Source: Alphaproteobacteria bacterium (GTDB lineage: Bacteria > Pseudomonadota > Alphaproteobacteria > MPNO01 > UBA830). Taken from it: a stretch of 64,000 bases of DNA. This document shows positions 21,756 through 32,639 of this stretch, in pieces. How positions within the stretch are numbered: position 1 is the first letter of the stretch; each line of letters starts with the position of its first letter. The stretch lies in NCBI GenBank assembly GCA_964291215.2, contig OZ219791.1:1056001-1120000 (forward strand), in the 5' to 3' direction. The notes below the pieces were generated by a model. The model was not told the origin of the DNA, made no database searches, and was given only the letters and a program-made list of their open reading frames with translations. Made by a program: the position numbers and the translations under genes.

Positions 21756-22034
21756 TGTCCGATCCTCACCCGGGCTCGTGCAAGAACCCCTCGAGCATGC
21801 ATGTTCCAAAGATGCCATTCTACATTTCGCCTGCGTGCCGCCAACGGCCTGCCGGGAGAGCCGGACAATGCCGGGACCGAGGTTGGTACCGCCGCCTTCC
21901 CTGGCTCGATTGCCGGCTTGCGGCCGTCGATCGTGCCCCCTGCATCAGGTTCCTTGCCGATCCGGCCGTGCGTGTCGACGAAGCGCTTCGGCTTGCCTAT
22001 CTTAGGGCGATCAGCGTCGACTACCGTGGATAAC

Positions 22035-22934
22035 ATGGCAAGCACCGATCGGATGAAGGGATACGGGCGAGCGGGAACGCTGCGGCGCGGTGCGAGGCTG
22101 GTGTTCGCGATGGGCGTGCTGGCCGTCTCGGTTTGCGTCACCGCCACGGTGGCGGCAACGCAGGCCGTCGATCTCGAACTCGTCATTTCAACCGACGTCT
22201 CGCGAAGCATAGACCAGGAGGAGGCCATGCTGCAGCGGCGGGGAATTGCCGCTGCGTTTCGAAACTCGGAGGTCATCCGCGCAATCACCTCGGGTTTCCT
22301 TGGCAGGATTGGCGTGGCCTACATCGATTATTCGAGCCGCGCCTTCAATCGGATCGTCATCGACTGGACGCTCATTGATGACCGCGGGAGCGCCGAGGCA
22401 TTCGCCTCCCGCCTGCTCGAGGCGCCGCTGACGTTCGGCCGCCGGACATCGATCAGTGACGCCATCGAACTGGCGCGGGAGATGATCGAGTCGAACGCCC
22501 TCGATGGAACGCGGCGCGTGATAGACGTCTCCGGCGACGGGCCGAACAATCATGGACGTCTCGTCGACGCGGTCCGCGACGCCACCGTATCCCGGTGGAT
22601 CACCATCAACGGGCTTCCCATCATCAACCGGCGCGGCATATACAGCAGCAGGTTCCACTTGCCGGACCTGGATAAGTATTATCGGGGCTGCGTTATCGGC
22701 GGGCCCGGTGCGTTCCTCGTGGTCGCGAGCAGTTTCGAGGATTTTGCACGTGCGATACGGCGGAAGCTGGTCCTCGAGATCGCGGGAACTGCGCCGGTCA
22801 TCGATGGCGCGTCTTCCGCCCGTCTCGTCCGGGTGTCGTCGACCGGGCGTCCGCATCGGTCATCGGGCGGATATGTCTATCCTGGGGGTTGCGACATCGG
22901 TGAGCGCATGCGGAGATTCTGGGACGATCCGTAA
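22035..22934 (+). CDS. DUF1194 (vWA-like) domain protein
   Basis: Encodes VDLELVISTDVSRSID, RRVIDVSGDGPNNHG, ITINGLPI and VIGGPGAF. Start position uncertain. Confidence 0.9.
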   Translation: MASTDRMKGYGRAGTLRRGARLVFAMGVLAVSVCVTATVAATQAVDLELVISTDVSRSIDQEEAMLQRRGIAAAFRNSEVIRAITSGFLGRIGVAYIDYSSRAFNRIVIDWTLIDDRGSAEAFASRLLEAPLTFGRRTSISDAIELAREMIESNALDGTRRVIDVSGDGPNNHGRLVDAVRDATVSRWITINGLPIINRRGIYSSRFHLPDLDKYYRGCVIGGPGAFLVVASSFEDFARAIRRKLVLEIAGTAPVIDGASSARLVRVSSTGRPHRSSGGYVYPGGCDIGERMRRFWDDP

Positions 22935-22993
22935 GCGCGAATCAATGTCCGCGACCGGGGTGCCATGCCGACGCGGCGCCTTTGGGATGGATG

Positions 22994-24811
22994 TCATTCG
23001 CTCTTGGCCAGCCGGATTGCCGCCGGGTTTCGATCGTCATAGAGGCGCTCCACGAGGCTGGCGCGCAGGGTCGTGACGGTTCGAACGTTGAGGCTCCCCT
23101 TGGGCGTAATTTCTCCGGCGCCGACCGAGGGCGGTTCGGCGAGCACGATGGCGCGGGCGATGCGCTTCGACGAGCCCGTCGCCTGTGTAGCGAGCGCCTC
23201 CAGCGCGGTCCGGAGTTCGGCGGCAAAGGCCTCGTCCAGCACTGCTCCGTCGGGGTCCGTCGAAGCGCCGGCGCAGCGGCCCGTTGCCGGAAAGACCAGC
23301 AGGCCGATTTCCTCACGGCCTTCGCCCACAACGACGATGTCCTGAACCAGGCCCGAAAGCGCCGCCACCGCTTCGATGCGCAGAATGCTCGCCCGGACCC
23401 AGGCGCCGGTGGTTAGCTTGAAGTCTTCTGTAAGCCGGCCGTCGAAAAACAGGCCCCGCGTGTCGTCGTCCGGGTCGACAAGACGGATCGCATCCCCGGT
23501 GACGAAGAATCCCTCCTCGTCGAAACTCGCGGCAGTCCGGTCGGGATCCTCGAAATACCCGTCTATCACGTTGGGACCTCTGACCCTCAGCTCGTGGCGG
23601 TCGCCGCCGAGGGGGATCAGCTTCGCCGTCACCTCGGGAACCGGCACCCCGATCATTCCGGACGTGGCGCCCCTCTGGTGATAGAGTACCGCGCAGGGTG
23701 CGGTCTCGGTCATGCCCCAACCCGAGATCATCAGAGGCACCTCTCCGCGTTCCGCGATCGCCATCTCTTGGATCGCCGACCAGACGTCTGCGGGAAGCGA
23801 CGCGCCGGCGTAGAAGAACATGTCAAGATCGCGGAAATAGGCGCGGCGCAGTTCCGCATCCGCCCGCATCGCCCGGACGGTGAGGGCGTGAGCGATGGGC
23901 AGGTCGATGGCCAGCGTTCCCGGGTGCATGCGGAGATTCTCGAGCGAACGCTCGAACAGCCGACCGGCCGGTTTGCCGTCGTCGAGATAGAGGCTGCCGC
24001 CGTTCGCCAGCATCATGTTGAAATCGGAATTGCCGGCGAACACGTGGTTCCAGGGCGGCCAGCTGAGGAGCTTGTGGGGCTTGTATCCGAGCAGGGGCAG
24101 GCAGGCGAGGTATTGCGCCTGGTTGACGGTCAGCATCCGCTGGGTCTGGGGCACGCCCTTGGGGTCGGAGGTGGAGCCGGAGGTGAAGAGGATCTTGGCG
24201 ATCGTGTCGGGGCCAACCCGGCCGAAGGTGTCGTCGACATCCGCCGCCGGATCGCCCTTCAGGAGACTGGAAAACGCGGCGGTATCGCCGCCGCCTGCGC
24301 GGCTCGTGAATTTCTGCACACCGTCGAAGATGTCGAGCGCGAGGGCCGGCCCGTAGGCCTCCGCGTCGGCAGCATAGACCATCGCGGGGCGTACCTTGCC
24401 GGCGCAGTAACACAACCTGGGCCGGGCCTCGGACAGGAGCGAGTATTGCTCGGCCAACGGCACCAGCGGGGCGCCGACGGTCTGCGCTGCGAGCGCCAGG
24501 ATCGCATGATCGATCGACGGCCCCGACAGCACGACGACAGGGCGGCCATATCCGATCCCCCGGGCAAGAAGGCCTTCGGCGGCGGAGCGGACCAGCTGGG
24601 CCATCTCGGAATAGGCGACCTCTCGCCAACCGTCGCCGCTCCTCTCCGCGATGAAGACGCGGTCCGGCGCCTCGTCGGCCCAGCGATTTAACCAGTCGAC
24701 CGTCGTGCGCGCGACCGCGCCGAGTTCACGGTCTGACCGCAGGAGCACCGTCCCGTCGGAGCGCTCCTCACGGACGACTTGATGGGGCGCATGGCCTGCT
24801 GATAACCCCAC
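22994..24811 (-). CDS. fcs: Feruloyl-CoA synthase-like acyl-CoA ligase
   Basis: Encodes KILFTSGSTSDPKGV, GGSLYLDDGKP, WGMTETAP, FDGRLTEDFKL and GEITPKGSLN. Confidence 0.85.
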   Translation of the reverse strand: MGLSAGHAPHQVVREERSDGTVLLRSDRELGAVARTTVDWLNRWADEAPDRVFIAERSGDGWREVAYSEMAQLVRSAAEGLLARGIGYGRPVVVLSGPSIDHAILALAAQTVGAPLVPLAEQYSLLSEARPRLCYCAGKVRPAMVYAADAEAYGPALALDIFDGVQKFTSRAGGGDTAAFSSLLKGDPAADVDDTFGRVGPDTIAKILFTSGSTSDPKGVPQTQRMLTVNQAQYLACLPLLGYKPHKLLSWPPWNHVFAGNSDFNMMLANGGSLYLDDGKPAGRLFERSLENLRMHPGTLAIDLPIAHALTVRAMRADAELRRAYFRDLDMFFYAGASLPADVWSAIQEMAIAERGEVPLMISGWGMTETAPCAVLYHQRGATSGMIGVPVPEVTAKLIPLGGDRHELRVRGPNVIDGYFEDPDRTAASFDEEGFFVTGDAIRLVDPDDDTRGLFFDGRLTEDFKLTTGAWVRASILRIEAVAALSGLVQDIVVVGEGREEIGLLVFPATGRCAGASTDPDGAVLDEAFAAELRTALEALATQATGSSKRIARAIVLAEPPSVGAGEITPKGSLNVRTVTTLRASLVERLYDDRNPAAIRLAKSE

Positions 24812-25128
24812 CTTCTGCCCTCCAAATCCGCGACAACCGGCATTCTCCGGACCGCAGTGGCGGCTGCCGGAACTCTACAGGTCCGACAAGGTTCCGCCGC
24901 AGCCCCGACCGCAACCCTCGCGGGCGCTTGCCGTCAAGGGCGGCACCCGCTCCCGTGTCGGGGGTGAGAACAGCCGTTGGCAGACCTCGCACCGGCGACC
25001 GGGCGCGTCGCCGGAACGGCTCGCTGGTAGACCGGCTCCATGGTCCGATTTCAGTGTCAGGCACTTGATGAGGGCCGGACACTATCCTATTTCACACCTG
25101 AACACCAGAAAAGGGCGGATACTGAACG

Positions 25129-25854
25129 ATGGCGTGGCTGCGGCGACTGACTGAGGATGTCCGGGTGATCATGGAGAAGGATCCGGCTGCGCGTTCGCGC
25201 CTCGAGGTGATCTTCTGCTATCCGGGGTTTCATGCGCTGCTGCTCCATCATTTGGCCCATTTCTGCTGGAGCGTACGGCTGTTCCTTTTCGGTCGTTTTC
25301 TTTCAACTGTCAGCAGGTTCCTTACCGGCATCGAGATTCATCCCGCGGCCAGGCTCGGGCGCCGTCTGTTCATAGATCACGGCATGGGCTGCGTGATCGG
25401 CGAGACCGCAGAGATCGGCGACGATGTCACGCTCTATCACGGCGTTACTCTCGGTGGCGTGACGCTGGAGAAGGCCAAGCGCCACCCGACAATCGGCAAC
25501 GGCGTCGTCGTCGGCTCCGGGGCGCAGGTTCTCGGGCCGATCATGGTCGGCAACGGCGCGCTAATCGGCGCCAATGCGGTGGTGCTGGCGGATGTTGCAG
25601 CGGGGGTGACGATGGTCGGCATACCCGCCCGGCAGGTGCAGGCGCGGGACCGGACCGGCTCCGATCCCCGGTTCGCCGCCTATGGCGTGCCCCGCGGCGA
25701 CCTGCCCGATCCTGTTGCGAGAATGGTCGAGGGCATGATGGGCGAGATCCAGGCCCTCAGGGCGCGGATCGACGATTTGGAACGCGGACGGGAAACGGCA
25801 TCGTCACCATCTTCGTCTAGGGATCTAGGCACGGGAGACACGGCCGGACCGTGA
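25129..25854 (+). CDS. cysE: Serine O-acetyltransferase
   Basis: Encodes [38 protein letters not shown] and KRHPTIG. Confidence 0.95.
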   Translation: MAWLRRLTEDVRVIMEKDPAARSRLEVIFCYPGFHALLLHHLAHFCWSVRLFLFGRFLSTVSRFLTGIEIHPAARLGRRLFIDHGMGCVIGETAEIGDDVTLYHGVTLGGVTLEKAKRHPTIGNGVVVGSGAQVLGPIMVGNGALIGANAVVLADVAAGVTMVGIPARQVQARDRTGSDPRFAAYGVPRGDLPDPVARMVEGMMGEIQALRARIDDLERGRETASSPSSSRDLGTGDTAGP

Positions 25855-25903
25855 TTCGGTCTTCGGACCGGGATGTGCGGCAAGGCAAGGCGGGGGACCG
25901 AGC

Positions 25904-26911
25904 ATGGATACACGAGACGGCTTTACGGGGAGTGTCGGCAATACGCCGTTGATCAGGTTGAGGCGGGCGTCGGAGAGCACCGGCTGCGAGATCTACGGCA
26001 AAGCCGAATTCCTGAACCCGGGAGGGTCGGTCAAGGACCGCGCCGCGCTCTACATGATTCTGGACGCCGAGGAGCGGGGCCTCCTGAAACCCGGCGGTGT
26101 TATCGTGGAAGGCACTGCGGGCAATACCGGGATCGGGCTTGCGCTTGTCGCCAATGCGCGCGGCTACCGCACGGTCATCGTCATTCCCGAGACCCAGAGC
26201 CGCGAGAAGATGGACATGCTGCGCCTGTGCGGCGCGGAACTCATGCCGGTCCCGGCAAAGCCCTACCGTGATCCCGACAACTATGTCCGGGTGTCCGAGC
26301 GCGTTGCGGCGGACTACGCGGAAAAGGAACCCAACGGCGCGATCTGGGCCAACCAGTGGGACAATCCGGCGAACTGGCAGGGCCACTACCGGTCCACCGG
26401 CCCGGAGATCTGGCGCCAGACCGACGGCCGAGTCGACGGTTTCATCTGCGCCATCGGCACCGGCGGCACGCTGGCCGGCATTTCGACGTATCTCAAGGAG
26501 CAGAACCCGGAGGTGGCGATCGGCCTCGCCGATCCCGAGGGCGCCGCTATGTATAGCTACTTCAGCACCGGGGAGCTGGCGAGTGAAGGCTCGTCGATCA
26601 CCGAGGGCATCGGCCAGGGGCGGGTGACCGCGAATGTCGCCCAGGCCAAGGTTGACTGGCCCTATCGCATACTGGACAACGAGGCGCTTCCCGTCATATT
26701 TGATCTGCTGCGCGAGGAAGGGCTCTGCCTCGGCGGATCGTCGGGCATCAACGTCGCCGGCGCCATTTGCCTCGCGCGCGATCTGGGCCCCGGCCACACC
26801 ATCGTCACGATCCTGTGCGACGGCGGCCAGCGCTACCAGTCGAAACTGTTCAATCCGGAATTCCTGGAAGAGAAAGGACTGCCGGCTCCCGGCTGGCTGC
26901 AGGACGTATGA
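25904..26911 (+). CDS. cysK: Cysteine synthase A
   Basis: Encodes GNTPLIRL, KAEFLNPGGSVKDRAA, EGTAGNTGIGL and GTGGT. Confidence 0.95.
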   Translation: MDTRDGFTGSVGNTPLIRLRRASESTGCEIYGKAEFLNPGGSVKDRAALYMILDAEERGLLKPGGVIVEGTAGNTGIGLALVANARGYRTVIVIPETQSREKMDMLRLCGAELMPVPAKPYRDPDNYVRVSERVAADYAEKEPNGAIWANQWDNPANWQGHYRSTGPEIWRQTDGRVDGFICAIGTGGTLAGISTYLKEQNPEVAIGLADPEGAAMYSYFSTGELASEGSSITEGIGQGRVTANVAQAKVDWPYRILDNEALPVIFDLLREEGLCLGGSSGINVAGAICLARDLGPGHTIVTILCDGGQRYQSKLFNPEFLEEKGLPAPGWLQDV

Positions 26912-27507
26912 TGTTCACCCTGCATTCGCGCCAGCCGTCCCCGTTCGGGCGCAAAATCCTCTTCGCCGCCCGGCATCTCGGCCTCGACGGTACGATGGAG
27001 GTCCGCGAGGCCGACGATGAGAACCTCGTCCAGGGCCGCAACCCGCTCGGCAAGGTGCCGATACTCGAGCTTGAGGATGGGCGGACGCTGTTCGACAGCC
27101 GCGTGATTCTCCAGTTCCTCGACGAGGCCGCGGGCGGCAGCCTCATCATCCCGGTAGAGAGCGCCGCGAAGTTCGAGGCGCTGCGCCAGGCGGCGCTGGC
27201 CGACGGCATTCTCGAGGCCGCGCTGCTGATCGTCTATGAAGGCCGGTACCGTCCCGACCTCGATCCATACAAGCCGTGGCTCGACTTCCAGCGCGGCAAG
27301 ATCGACCGTGCGCTCGCGGCGAGCGAGGTTGCGCCGCCCGGACTCCGGCCGCCAATGATCGGCGCCATCGGGCTTGCCTGCGCACTCGAATATCTCGATT
27401 TCCGCAAGCCCTGCGTGTGGCGCGAGGACTATCCCGGGCTCGTCGGCTGGCTCGCGGAATTCAACGCCGAATATCCCGGATTTGCCGAATCGCGGCCAGG
27501 CGCGTGA
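26908..27507 (+). CDS. Glutathione S-transferase family protein
   Basis: Encodes SPFGRKI and NPLGKVPILELEDGRTLFDSRVI. ATGA overlap with cysK. Confidence 0.9.
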   Translation: MMFTLHSRQPSPFGRKILFAARHLGLDGTMEVREADDENLVQGRNPLGKVPILELEDGRTLFDSRVILQFLDEAAGGSLIIPVESAAKFEALRQAALADGILEAALLIVYEGRYRPDLDPYKPWLDFQRGKIDRALAASEVAPPGLRPPMIGAIGLACALEYLDFRKPCVWREDYPGLVGWLAEFNAEYPGFAESRPGA

Positions 27508-27547
27508 ATCCGGCGGGACTCTCCGGGTCGTGGCCGGCCGGCTGGCA

Positions 27548-28096
27548 TCACCGCGGCTCGGGCGCGAGAGCGAACTCCGCGAGCGGCAGGTAGCTCGGGC
27601 CGGATCGCCCGAGCTTGCTTTCGTACAGGATGAAGCGCTCCGCTTCGAAAGGGGCTTCCCCGAACGCGCCGTTGGCCTCGAGCCAGGAACGAACATGGTC
27701 GGCGCGCGCCTGCCTCAACCGGCCGACAGTGACATGCGGCATGAACTTGCGCCGTTCCGGATCGAGCCCGCTTGCGGTCACCGCGCGCTCGATCCTGGCC
27801 TGGAGCGTGGCGAGCTCTTCGGTTTTCTCGACCCCGATCCAGACCGCGCGTGTCTTCTTCCCGGAACTGAAATGCCCGGCGCCGCGCAGCGTCACGGTCA
27901 GCGGCGGCATCCGGATCGCGCCGAGCGCGTCCGCCACATCCGCGATCTGGTCTTCCAGGACTTCGCTGATGAAACGCAGGGTGATGTGGAAATTCTCGGG
28001 CGGCACCCAGCGCACGCCGTCGATGCCGCCGGCCAGCGAGGCGAGGCGAAGCCGGTTGCTTTCGGGCAGTCCAAGAGCGACGAACAGGCGGACCAT
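27548..28096 (-). CDS. thpR: RNA 2',3'-cyclic phosphodiesterase
   Basis: Begins MVRLFVAL and has two HxT motifs (FHITLRF, PHVTVGR). Confidence 0.92.
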   Translation of the reverse strand: MVRLFVALGLPESNRLRLASLAGGIDGVRWVPPENFHITLRFISEVLEDQIADVADALGAIRMPPLTVTLRGAGHFSSGKKTRAVWIGVEKTEELATLQARIERAVTASGLDPERRKFMPHVTVGRLRQARADHVRSWLEANGAFGEAPFEAERFILYESKLGRSGPSYLPLAEFALAPEPR

Positions 28097-28336
28097 CCCG
28101 CGACCTCCTGAAACCTTGCGGCTGCTGGCGGTGGGTGGCAGGCAGCCGGAGCGAGGGATTTTCTGCGGTTGGAAGATTCCGATCAAGAGGCGGGGGGAGT
28201 TCGCGCACAGTGATCTCACGCTTGTTGATGTGATGTGATCGGAGTCTTGATCGCGGCGCGGGTCGACGCGTTCGAGTCTGCGATTGTATCTAGATGAGCG
28301 TTTGTTCGTGCGGTGAGGTGTTGTTGTTTTCGTCCG

Positions 28337-31312
28337 GTATCTACTCACCCCTAGTTGGGTTCTGATTGGTCGTAGTGCTCGTTGATGATGTCTGCGGCTT
28401 TTCCGTCGAGGGCGATCTGGGTGGCGACGAGTGGGTTGTAGCCGAGTGCGGCCATGGAGGTGAGGTAGCTTGGCACCATGCTTTTGCGTGGAGCGGAAGC
28501 ATCCGGGCACCTTGACCTTTGCCATCCTGATCTTCTGTTCTCCGGCATTGTTGGTGAAGCTGACGTCGGGTGCGCCAGGCAAACTGGTGGAATGTGGCCG
28601 GGTGCAAGTCCCGAGAGAGGCTAATTTCTCCGTGAACCATGCGTCGCCAGGCGAAGCGTTGGGGAGCGGCAGGCCAGGCTATTGAGCCACGAGATGCTTT
28701 GAAACCGGAGTGCCGAGGTCGTGGCCGAAGGCAACGAGCCGCGTTGGTGAGGGGGGCTCCGCGGGGTCCGAGAACCAGGGCCGAAGCAGGGACCTGGGAG
28801 GTCTTGCCCCTCTGTCGTGGAGGGGCCGCAGAGGAAATTCCGTAAACCGATGATGAACGAGAAGTCAGATTCGGCCATAGTACCGCTGAAGGCGGCGAAC
28901 AAGGGTTCTTCGGAGCCTGCGGAGTTGTTGGAGGGAAGGGCAATGCGGTTGGCCCGCGCCGCGCGCAGAAGCGGGGGTCACAGGCGGCAGGTAGCGAAGA
29001 GGAACCCGGAAGAGCGTCTTTACTCCACCACGTGATGTTCTGCGTTCCATTCCTTGAGGAAGGACGCGGCGGCGGGGCGTTGTGTGGCAAGCGTACGCGG
29101 AGGGTGTGGAACTGCTGCACGCCCGTGTGCACAGGGGTGCGTACCGGGCGCCTCCAGGGTTTACATACCCAAGGAGGATGGAGGGCAACTTGCCTCGGAC
29201 AAGATTCTTCAGCGGGCGGTGTGATTCTGGTGCCGCGAGACGGAGTTCCTCGGTTCCGGCCGGGGCGCATCATGCGCCGTCACGGTGGAACGGCGGAAGG
29301 TCAACTGGATCGTTGACGCCCCTTCGACAATCGCGACCATCTGGTCGCGATGCTCGGGAAACGGATCGGGGGGTCTGATCATCAAGTGACGCCGGCGTCA
29401 TGGAAGGGACCGACTGGCAAGGTAACGCCGCAAGGGGCGGCGCCATGCCTTGCGAACCTGCACTACGTACGACTGGTTCCAGAACCACTGGCGCAAGCGG
29501 GACACGATCATTATGCGGACGACTTCGTGTGCGGCTTTCAGCATCTGGGCGGCGCTGAGACCTTGGGGAGAGACTGGCCCACTTGAACTGCACCCGGAAA
29601 ATCATCGAGTTCGGTCGGTTTGCCAGAGCGAACCGCCGGAAGCGTGGGCAAGACGTTCGACTTCCTCGGCATGACGCACTTCTGCGAACAGACGAGGAAA
29701 GGCAGGTTCAGGGTCGGTCGCAAACGGGCACCCTGCGGCGGATCAAGGAGGCCTTGCGCAGGCGGTGGCACGATAACCGGCACGAAACGGCCCAGTGGAG
29801 AGTTATCAACGGCTGCTACTACGCCGTTCCAGGAAGCAGCCTGCAGAAGTTCATAACCAATGCAAACAGCTGCGTGCCCTTCGGCGACGCTCCCAAAAGG
29901 ACTTCACCGGGGACATAGACACCCTCACCGCTGCCCACTGAGCCAGCATCCGTGGCCAAACCAGCGCCTTGTCGTCAGGGGAGGAGCGAACAGCGCACGT
30001 CCGGTTCTGTGCGGGGGGTAACCCGGTTCCCTACCGCGATGGTTGTCTATGAAGCGCAGGTTTTCGTGTTTCACGAGACGTTCGTGCAGGTTGTGCGCGT
30101 TTGCGTCCACGTTTTCCTTTCGGCGGGATGTCGGGCAGTTCCCTGGCGCCCTGATGGTGCGGTAGCGCCCGGCGTCGTTCAGGGTTTTGGATGCGCTCTT
30201 GTTGACCTTGTGGCAGGGAGTAGGCTCTTCATCAGTCGCGCGGTAGCCTCGACGACAAAGGTCAGTTCGCGCAGCAGGTGGCTACACTGGTCATAGCCCA
30301 TGTACGAGGTCCAGGACGCCCTTGTAGCACGGGCCGATCTCTTGCCCGCGCTTGCGGTGCGGGAACTTGCACGTCCCGACGACATGGAGCCACTTGCTGT
30401 TGATCCGAAATCGTCGACATCGGGCGTTGCAGGAGGTACGCCACGGCGGCCTCCTCCCATGACGCATCGTGAAAGCATAGCTGAGGCCTCGGAGAGCTTG
30501 ATATCGCCTGCACGAACGCGACGGCACGGCGCAGGGACAGCATCTGGGTGACCAGCAGGTTGATAACGAGGGCCTGGATGCCGTACTGCACGGGATGTTA
30601 TCGGGGAACCGGCCCTTGCACTTCGGGCATTCCTTGATCTCGGCGCGGCGCTCGACGACCTCGAACACAATGTCGTGCGGCGCTCCCGATCGACGGGGCC
30701 GTCGATGTCAGCGCCGCAGGCGTCGCAGGCCGCGACCGTTTTCTCGACGATGATCTTGCGCAGGTTGTCGCCCATCTGCCGGTTCGGCTTCGGGCCCTTG
30801 CTCCCGGCACGCTCTTGTCCGTCTGTGACGGCGGCAGACCGGAGTTCCGGCTCGTGCGTGGACTTTTCCAGAAGGACGACGATGAGGATGTCGAGCAGGA
30901 TGACGAAGACGCGGATCACGGCCTCTTTCGGCACCTTGCCGGCAGCGCCGCGGTCCTGGCCGCTTCGAACTCCTCGCGCGCCGCCCGTCGCCATCACCCG
31001 GCCTCGACGGTCATGATCGTCGCGAGCATCGCTTGGCGCTCGCCCGGCGGCATCTTCCGGTACTCCGCCTTGCGCTTCATCAGCGCGCCGCCTCCGAGAT
31101 GCGTTTCCACATACAGATCATGCGGGGGCTGGAGCCCCGGAAGCAGCTGGCACAGCCCGCTCGTCGCCTTCGATCCAAAGTAGCCTACTGGCGGTCCCCG
31201 TCGTTCTCGATTACCACCACTAAACGAATCGGCCTGCAGTGTCAAATCTCCACGAAAACCCGTTCATTACTCTACCCCGACATCAAGCCGGAACCAGGGG
31301 GTGAGCAGTTAC
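28337..31312 (-). mobile_element. IS66-family MTase-carrying element, containing group II intron 3
   Basis: TIRs gtatctactcacccc / ggggtgagcagttac, with an 8-bp TSD ttcgtccg at 28329-28336 and 31313-31320. Confidence 0.92.
28570..30040 (+). mobile_element. ltrA: Group II intron 3 (distinct family), degraded RT
   Basis: 5' end gtgcgccaggc and 3' end ...ctgtgcggggggtaacccggttccctaccgcgat. YADDF near 29512 and FDFLGMTH are present. Its removal restores the IS66 sequence gaagctgacgtcgg|ggttgtctatgaag. Confidence 0.88.
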
Positions 31313-31849
31313 TTCGTCCGTTTGACGGGCTTTTGTCAGGGAGTTCAAGCGTCACCCGGAGCGGTTTCGTGCACCGGGATGCGCGGTGAGGGGCACTGGC
31401 GCCATGCCGTGTTTTCCGCATCGGTTGCTGTTTTGTCCCGGCGCTGCGGAGTAGGGGCTGAGCGCCATCCTGTGCCGGTTGCAGGGGTCTGAGGGTCCGC
31501 TCCTTGCGGAGCGGGCCAGATGTCCTTCTTCGGCTTCTGTCATGTCGGTCGTAGCGGCCGCTGGTTGTTCCGACGCGGCCGCGGCCCGGCAGATGCTGCC
31601 GCGGCGCGGGACCTCGACCAGAGTCTCGCAGGGCACGGGCGTGGTGTTGCAGCGCGCGGTCCATGCGGGAGTCGAGAAGCAGCGGCTCGCCGTTCCGATC
31701 ATCGACCGCGTAGCGCATTTGCGCGCCGACCAGGCGCGTGTATCCGAGGTAGTGTCAGCGGGCGGAGCTCGTCGAGGGTCTTCGGGGCGGCGGTGTGATC
31801 AGCTTCGGGGCTGGCGGCGGCAGAAGGCGCGGGCGATGGGGTCCGCTCC

Positions 31850-32630
31850 GTGATCGTCGCAGCACTGCGCGACCATGAAGTCGCGCCCTCGACCTCACGG
31901 CGGCGCTGCGAATCTCCGCCGCCTCTCCGGGCTCACGGCAACCAGGGCGACAGATCGCCGGGCCGCCGTTCTCCGCACAGGCACCAGCGCAGAACGTCGA
32001 GGCCGCTCCTCGCGGCCGTGCCGTGTACATGACAGCCGTCCATGCTGTCGGAACCGAAGCCGGGCTTCCGCCCGGGCCCCTGAGGGCCCTTTCCCCGAAA
32101 TTGTTGTCCATGGTCGACGAACACGCGATGGTTGAGCGCAGCGGCCTGCCTTCCGGCGCCGCTTTCGGAAGCCTCGGCGCTTCCGCAAACAGCGACCGCA
32201 GTCTCCGGCGCCGCCTGCGCGGCCTCGAACGCCGCCGGAAGCAAGGCAGTCGAGCCGTGTTCAGGCGGCAGATCTCCGCGATCGATCCATTCCCACCCCT
32301 CCAGCTGCGGCCGGCGCAGTTCGGAAAGTCGCGCCGACAATGCGCCCGACAACAGCACAGGATGATGAAGGGCCACAGGCGCGCCAGCTTCTTGCAGGCG
32401 CCGCAGCGGTCGTAGACATGGGGGCGTCCGCGAACAGCTTCGCCGCGACCTCGGCGCTGCGCGAGGGAGAGGACCGCGTCCCGAACAGGGGCAGCATCTG
32501 GCTCGCTGGCCAGCGTTCCCGGCGAAAGCCCCTGGACGCGGCGCAAGGGCCGCATGCACGCGCTCGTGCAGCACATGCGTCCACACGCCGGTCCCGAATG
32601 CCAGGTGTTTCCCACGCTGCATTCAATTTT
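31850..32630 (-). pseudogene. Remnant of a different IS66-family (TnpC-like) transposase
   Basis: Encodes CCRAHCRRDF, MDNNFGERALRGP and GRKPGFGSDS. Confidence 0.65.
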
Positions 32631-32639
32631 GCTGTCTTC

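Larger units (their letters stand above)
28206..31800 (-). mobile_element. Element with an ISAs1-type right end and a DUF4338 remnant, interrupted by IS66 (28337-31312)
   Basis: TIR cacagtgatctcacgct at 28206-28222, with the ~80-bp subterminal segment homologous to 1664-1740. Beyond the IS66 TSD, 31490-31750 encodes MRYAV..GEPL, PVPCETLVEVPR and VGTTSGRYDRHD. Confidence 0.65.

Noticed and set aside
27548-28582. Apparent IS66-ThpR fusion ORF (also the extended ORFs 21180..22934 and 20585..21601)
   Set aside because: Chance open-frame extensions across element boundaries. The recognisable proteins start at 28096, about 22035 and 21181.
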